DNA from: an uncultured Veillonellaceae bacterium
GTDB lineage: Bacteria; Bacillota; Negativicutes; JARBTT01
NCBI GenBank assembly: GCA_963805085.1
Contig: CAWDTA010000004.1
Location: forward strand, 384,001-448,000
Length of the DNA stretch: 64,000 nt
Direction: 5' to 3'
The position numbers were made by a program, and so were the translations under genes. Numbering within the stretch: position 1 is the stretch's first letter; every line of letters starts with the position of its first letter. Positions 60,299 to 64,000 of this stretch are shown here, piece by piece. The notes beneath the pieces are model-generated. The model had not been told where the DNA came from. It was given only the letters and a program-made list of their open reading frames with translations, and ran no database searches.

Positions 60299-60351
60299 GA
60301 TATATTATACTATAATTTTATATATTTTGATATCATTTTAAACACATCAAG

Positions 60352-60380
60352 AAAAAAACCTGCGAAAGATCGCAGGTTCT
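60352..60380 (-). terminator. dctA terminator
   Basis: AACCTGCGA-TCTT-TCGCAGGTTTTTTT on the minus strand. Confidence 0.85.
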
Positions 60381-60386
60381 CATTTT

Positions 60387-61673
60387 TTATATTACGGGTT
60401 CATGTACTGTATCTGGTTCCTCAGAATTATACATAACTTTTTCTAGTTTATCCATATCAAGCTCATTCTCCCATTTCGCCATAACAATCGTTGCAACGCC
60501 ATTACCGATAAGATTGGTAAGTGCTCTACCTTGCGTCATAAAACGGTCAACACCAAAGATGAGCGCAAGTGCTCCCACTGGAATCATTGGCATCGTAGAT
60601 AATGTCGCTGCCAAAATAATAAATCCACTTCCAGTAACACCTGATGCACCTTTTGATGTTAAAAGCAATACTGCTACAATTGTAAGTTGTTGAATAAGCG
60701 TAAGATCAGTGTTGGTTGCCTGTGCCAAAAAGATTGCTGCCATAGTCAAATAAATCGATGTACCATCAAGATTAAACGAATATCCAGTTGGAATCACTAA
60801 ACCTACAATCGACTTAGAGCAACCCGCTTTTTCAAGTTTTTCCATCATCCGCGGCAAAACGCTTTCTGAAGATGCAGTACCAAATACAACTAGTAATTCT
60901 TCTTTAAAATAGGAAATATACTTTGCAAAACTAACACCTGCCCATTTGGTAATTGGCCAAATAACCAAGACGATAAAGATAAAACAAGCAAAGTAAAAAG
61001 TACCTAACAATTTTAATAATGGCCCAAGTGAGCCTATGCCATATTTACCAATCGTAAATGCCATTGCCCCAAAAGTACCAATCGGCGCTAATTTCATAAT
61101 AATATCAACAATTGCAAATAAGACATGTGATACATCACCGATTACATTTAGGAGCATTTGCCCTTTAGCGCCCAATTTAGATAATGCCCAACCAAACATC
61201 ACAGAAAATAGTAAAATCTGCAATATTTCACCTTTAGCAAACCCATCAACAACAGTATTCGGTATAATATTCATAAAAAAATCTGCCCCATGATGCGTCT
61301 GTGCACCATTCGTATACATTGCTACTGATGCTGGATCAAGGGTACTAACATCTATATTCATCCCAGCACCAGGCTGCAACCAATTCACTAATATAATCCC
61401 AAACAAGAATGCAAATGACGTAACGACTTCAAAATAAAGCAACGCCTTGCCACCGACTCTCCCAACTTTCTTCATGTCCCCCATACCTGCGATACCACAA
61501 ACGATTGTACAAAAAATGATTGGTCCAATGATCATTTTGATTAATTTGATAAACGCATCACCAAAAGGTTTCATGCTTTCTCCAAAGGCTGGAAACCAAT
61601 AACCAACTAAGATACCGATAATAATAGAAGCAAAAACTTGGAAATGTAACGATTTAAAAAAACTTTTTTTCAT
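60387..61673 (-). CDS. dctA: C4-dicarboxylate:H+ symporter (DAACS family)
   Basis: [49 protein letters not shown]. Confidence 0.93.
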   Translation of the reverse strand: MKKSFFKSLHFQVFASIIIGILVGYWFPAFGESMKPFGDAFIKLIKMIIGPIIFCTIVCGIAGMGDMKKVGRVGGKALLYFEVVTSFAFLFGIILVNWLQPGAGMNIDVSTLDPASVAMYTNGAQTHHGADFFMNIIPNTVVDGFAKGEILQILLFSVMFGWALSKLGAKGQMLLNVIGDVSHVLFAIVDIIMKLAPIGTFGAMAFTIGKYGIGSLGPLLKLLGTFYFACFIFIVLVIWPITKWAGVSFAKYISYFKEELLVVFGTASSESVLPRMMEKLEKAGCSKSIVGLVIPTGYSFNLDGTSIYLTMAAIFLAQATNTDLTLIQQLTIVAVLLLTSKGASGVTGSGFIILAATLSTMPMIPVGALALIFGVDRFMTQGRALTNLIGNGVATIVMAKWENELDMDKLEKVMYNSEEPDTVHEPVI

Positions 61674-61948
61674 AATATTTACACCTGCTTTACATTTGTA
61701 TTCCATAATTCTATTAATTGAGTTCATATTTCCGCAACACTGATTCTATTTTAACATGATTATCATTACTTTTAAACATAATCTTTTTAAAATACTGTAT
61801 ACATGAAAAATTCACCTTATTTTTTCATGTAAAAATGGCCTCAAACCAGCATTATGCAAGGTAGAGACCATTTTTTACCGTTATAGATAAATCAATATCC
61901 GTTTTTTTATGAAACTTTTCTAAATTACTTCATTGTATAAAGTTGGAT

Positions 61949-62893
61949 TTAGTTTAAAAACCTCGCTGGATCAAACGCAGTACCATTTACTCTAATTTCA
62001 TAATGAACATGTGGACCAGTGCTATAACCCGTAGAACCGCTATAGGCAACGAGCTGGCCTTTTTTCACTTCTTGACCGTTAGCAACTACAATTTTAGAGT
62101 TATGGCCATAGAGTGTATGGATACCATTTCCATGATCAATTTCTACTAACTTGCCATAGCCACCATCATCCCATTGACTTTGAACCACAATACCATCAGC
62201 AGTTGCCACAACTGGAGTCCCCATTGCAGCGGCAATATCAATTCCTAGATGAAACTCTCCATAGCCATCCATACCTCGTCGCCCAAAAGGTGAAGTAACC
62301 TGACCATTCGCTGGCCAGATAGATGGCGTTGCAGCAACTCTTGCCTGTTTAGCCAATAATTCTTCTTTTAAACTATTTAGACTTGCCTCTCGTACTCTCA
62401 TGGCAGATTGCAATTGACTAACACGCTTGCTAATATCATCAATCTCAAGCTGTTCCTGTTCGCTAGCTTGGCTATAAAAAGCAATACTAGGACGCACTAA
62501 ACCAGCCCGCGATGTGGATGTCGGACTATCATTATTAACAATGGTACGAATTTCCGCATCCAAGGCATTTAACCGATCCATATCGCTCTGCAACTGAATT
62601 GTCACCTTTGATAGCTCATCAATCTTTGCCAGTTGACTCTGATTATTACTGCGCAAAGACTCTAATTCTGCCTTTTCTTGATTGGCAGTACTGACCACTT
62701 GTTGATAATGAATAAAGGCACCTATAATAAATATCATCAGTAAACATACTCCACCAGCGATATATTTAATCATAACTTTCGGTATAGAAATACGATCAAA
62801 TTGCTGATTATTTTGGGGTACAACTGCCTTAGAAGCCAATAAATTGAGTTTTTCATTTGTTTTATTATTTATTTTCTTTCTTATTCTCGTCAA
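61949..62893 (-). CDS. M23 peptidoglycan endopeptidase with TM anchor and coiled coil
   Basis: TPSIWP..G.VTSPFG, HLGID, YGH, GSTGYSTGPHVHYE; TTG start after AAGGAG. Confidence 0.92.
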   Translation of the reverse strand: MTRIRKKINNKTNEKLNLLASKAVVPQNNQQFDRISIPKVMIKYIAGGVCLLMIFIIGAFIHYQQVVSTANQEKAELESLRSNNQSQLAKIDELSKVTIQLQSDMDRLNALDAEIRTIVNNDSPTSTSRAGLVRPSIAFYSQASEQEQLEIDDISKRVSQLQSAMRVREASLNSLKEELLAKQARVAATPSIWPANGQVTSPFGRRGMDGYGEFHLGIDIAAAMGTPVVATADGIVVQSQWDDGGYGKLVEIDHGNGIHTLYGHNSKIVVANGQEVKKGQLVAYSGSTGYSTGPHVHYEIRVNGTAFDPARFLN

Positions 62894-62991
62894 AATAAAA
62901 CTCCTTCGAACCATTTCATTGTTCCGTTAGAACTGATGAAATCTTTTACTTTTTTCTTATAGCTGCTCGTACTATCTATTTTCTAGACGAA

Positions 62992-63043
62992 ATAAAAATG
63001 CCAAGTTGCCCAGTAAAATGAAACTTTACTGATGCAACCTGGC
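62992..63043 (-). terminator. riboswitch expression-platform terminator
   Basis: GCCAGGTTGC...GCAACTTGGC followed by ATTTTTATTT; its 5' arm is the 3' end of the aptamer. Confidence 0.8.
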
Positions 63044-63113
63044 AATCATTGATAAAACTATCTTTAGACCCATGGCTTTGCGTCCTCATCTTTAGATAAG
63101 TTTGCCAAAATAT
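63030..63113 (-). ncRNA. cyclic di-GMP-I (GEMM) riboswitch aptamer
   Basis: GGCAAAC-TTATCTAAAGATGAG-GACGCAAAGCCATGGGTCTAA...ATGATTGCCAGGTTGC follows the GEMM consensus. Confidence 0.9.
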
Positions 63114-63259
63114 TCAATTATTAATAATAAATTTATTTTACTATACTTTGCTAGCGCTTGCAATAATTAGACAAAAAATAGCATAATTTTTCTAAAATCA
63201 TGCTGCCCGTTAAGCCACTTATTTGTATTTGCTAAGAAAATATACAATTTTTTATCAAA

Positions 63260-63316
63260 ATAAATAGAGCATGTACACTTCAAATTATTCTTGAAGTTTA
63301 TACATGCTCTATTTAT
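63260..63316 (-). terminator. terminator after the CODH gene
   Basis: ATAAATAGAGCATGTA...TACATGCTCTATTTAT. Confidence 0.8.
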
Positions 63317-63448
63317 CAGTTGACTGGTGCTATACTTGCTAATTCAACATACACTTAGACAGTGAGCTACTAGAAGATCTAATACCAACAACAGCTCGCT
63401 ATCATCCGTAAGTTCATCGCTCCAGTATATGCCTGTTTGCTAGACGAA

Positions 63449-64000
63449 TTATATTCCAAGTTCCTTACGTTTCTTTTCTATATGGTCTACATAAATTTGA
63501 ACAGTTTTATCAGCACTAGTTTCTACCGTTAATTTACCCAACCCTAAAGTTTCCGTTGTTTCCGTTAATGTTTTTACTACTAAGTTACTACCTGTTACCG
63601 AAGGAACAGGTGCAACATGCACTAACCAGCCAAGAGCAATCGCCGTACAAGCATCCGCCACCGCCTTTTGTTCCAAATATTCCGGCGCACCAATGACAAT
63701 AGGCAACATATTGGTATCTACATCTAATGCCTCAGCAATCTCTTTTGCTGTCTGAGTCATTTTCCCGATATCTACACATGCTCCGTAAGAGAGTACTGGA
63801 GGAATGCCTAATGACTTGCAAACTTCCTGCAATCCAGCTCCAGCTTCATCAGCCGCTCTAGGATCAGCTAACCCAGTATATTGCATCACAGAAGAAGTGC
63901 AACCTCCCGACAAGACTAAAATATCCTTTTCAATCAAGCCTTTTGTAATCCTAAATATATTGCTGCCGCCCTGTCCGTAACGAGCTGTTGTACATCCAAC
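63449..64000 (-). CDS. cooS: anaerobic Ni-carbon monoxide dehydrogenase catalytic subunit, 3' part (starts outside the window)
   Basis: Frame open to the window edge: VGCTT..., DILVLSGGC, GIPPVLSYGACVD, APEYLEQKA, HIEKKRKELGI; three C-cluster Cys positions and the catalytic Lys are visible. Confidence 0.88.
   Translation of the reverse strand, partial: VGCTTARYGQGGSNIFRITKGLIEKDILVLSGGCTSSVMQYTGLADPRAADEAGAGLQEVCKSLGIPPVLSYGACVDIGKMTQTAKEIAEALDVDTNMLPIVIGAPEYLEQKAVADACTAIALGWLVHVAPVPSVTGSNLVVKTLTETTETLGLGKLTVETSADKTVQIYVDHIEKKRKELGI

Noticed and set aside
249-62298. Numerous short ORFs antisense to or out of frame within recognised genes (e.g. 249-836, 16790-17197, 32545-32961, 33819-34259, 59541-59930)
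   Set aside because: Shadow ORFs of well-supported genes, with no RBS or family motifs
63317-63448. Tiny ORF MNLRMIASCCWY after cooS, preceded by GGAG
   Set aside because: Only 12 codons, with the RBS too close to the ATG; cannot be supported

Overview
AT-rich chromosomal window from a motile, endospore-forming anaerobic Firmicute. The gene content suggests a Negativicute of the Sporomusaceae type; this is inference, not a database match. I found no rRNA, tRNA, CRISPR array, transposase or intact prophage. In order, the window holds: a galactose/tagatose-6-P PTS operon with an RpiR regulator; a glycolipid synthase plus Zn-phospholipase C pair; FapA; a pyrimidine nucleoside operon; a WYL/DJ-1 stress cluster; hxlAB; a GT39 glycosyltransferase; three chemoreceptors; a Moco biosynthesis and Cys-type formate dehydrogenase cluster; dbpA; blaI-blaR1 with a class D beta-lactamase; a gerK-type operon; a PocR kinase; a membrane-anchored CheA-like kinase with CheY; MFS and DctA transporters; a c-di-GMP-I riboswitch before an M23 peptidase; and the 3' end of a Ni-CO dehydrogenase. 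Five observations stand out. (1) A receptor-fused CheA-like kinase without a CheW domain, paired with CheY, sits behind four Pho-box-like repeats. (2) A similar repeat precedes the phospholipase C and glycolipid synthase pair, suggesting phosphate-starvation lipid remodelling. (3) An unannotated 49-codon ORF is overlapped by an antisense promoter-terminator unit, resembling a type I toxin-antitoxin locus. (4) The PocR kinase looks like a chemoreceptor-kinase chimera. (5) The Ger D-subunit gene is frameshifted at a poly-A run.
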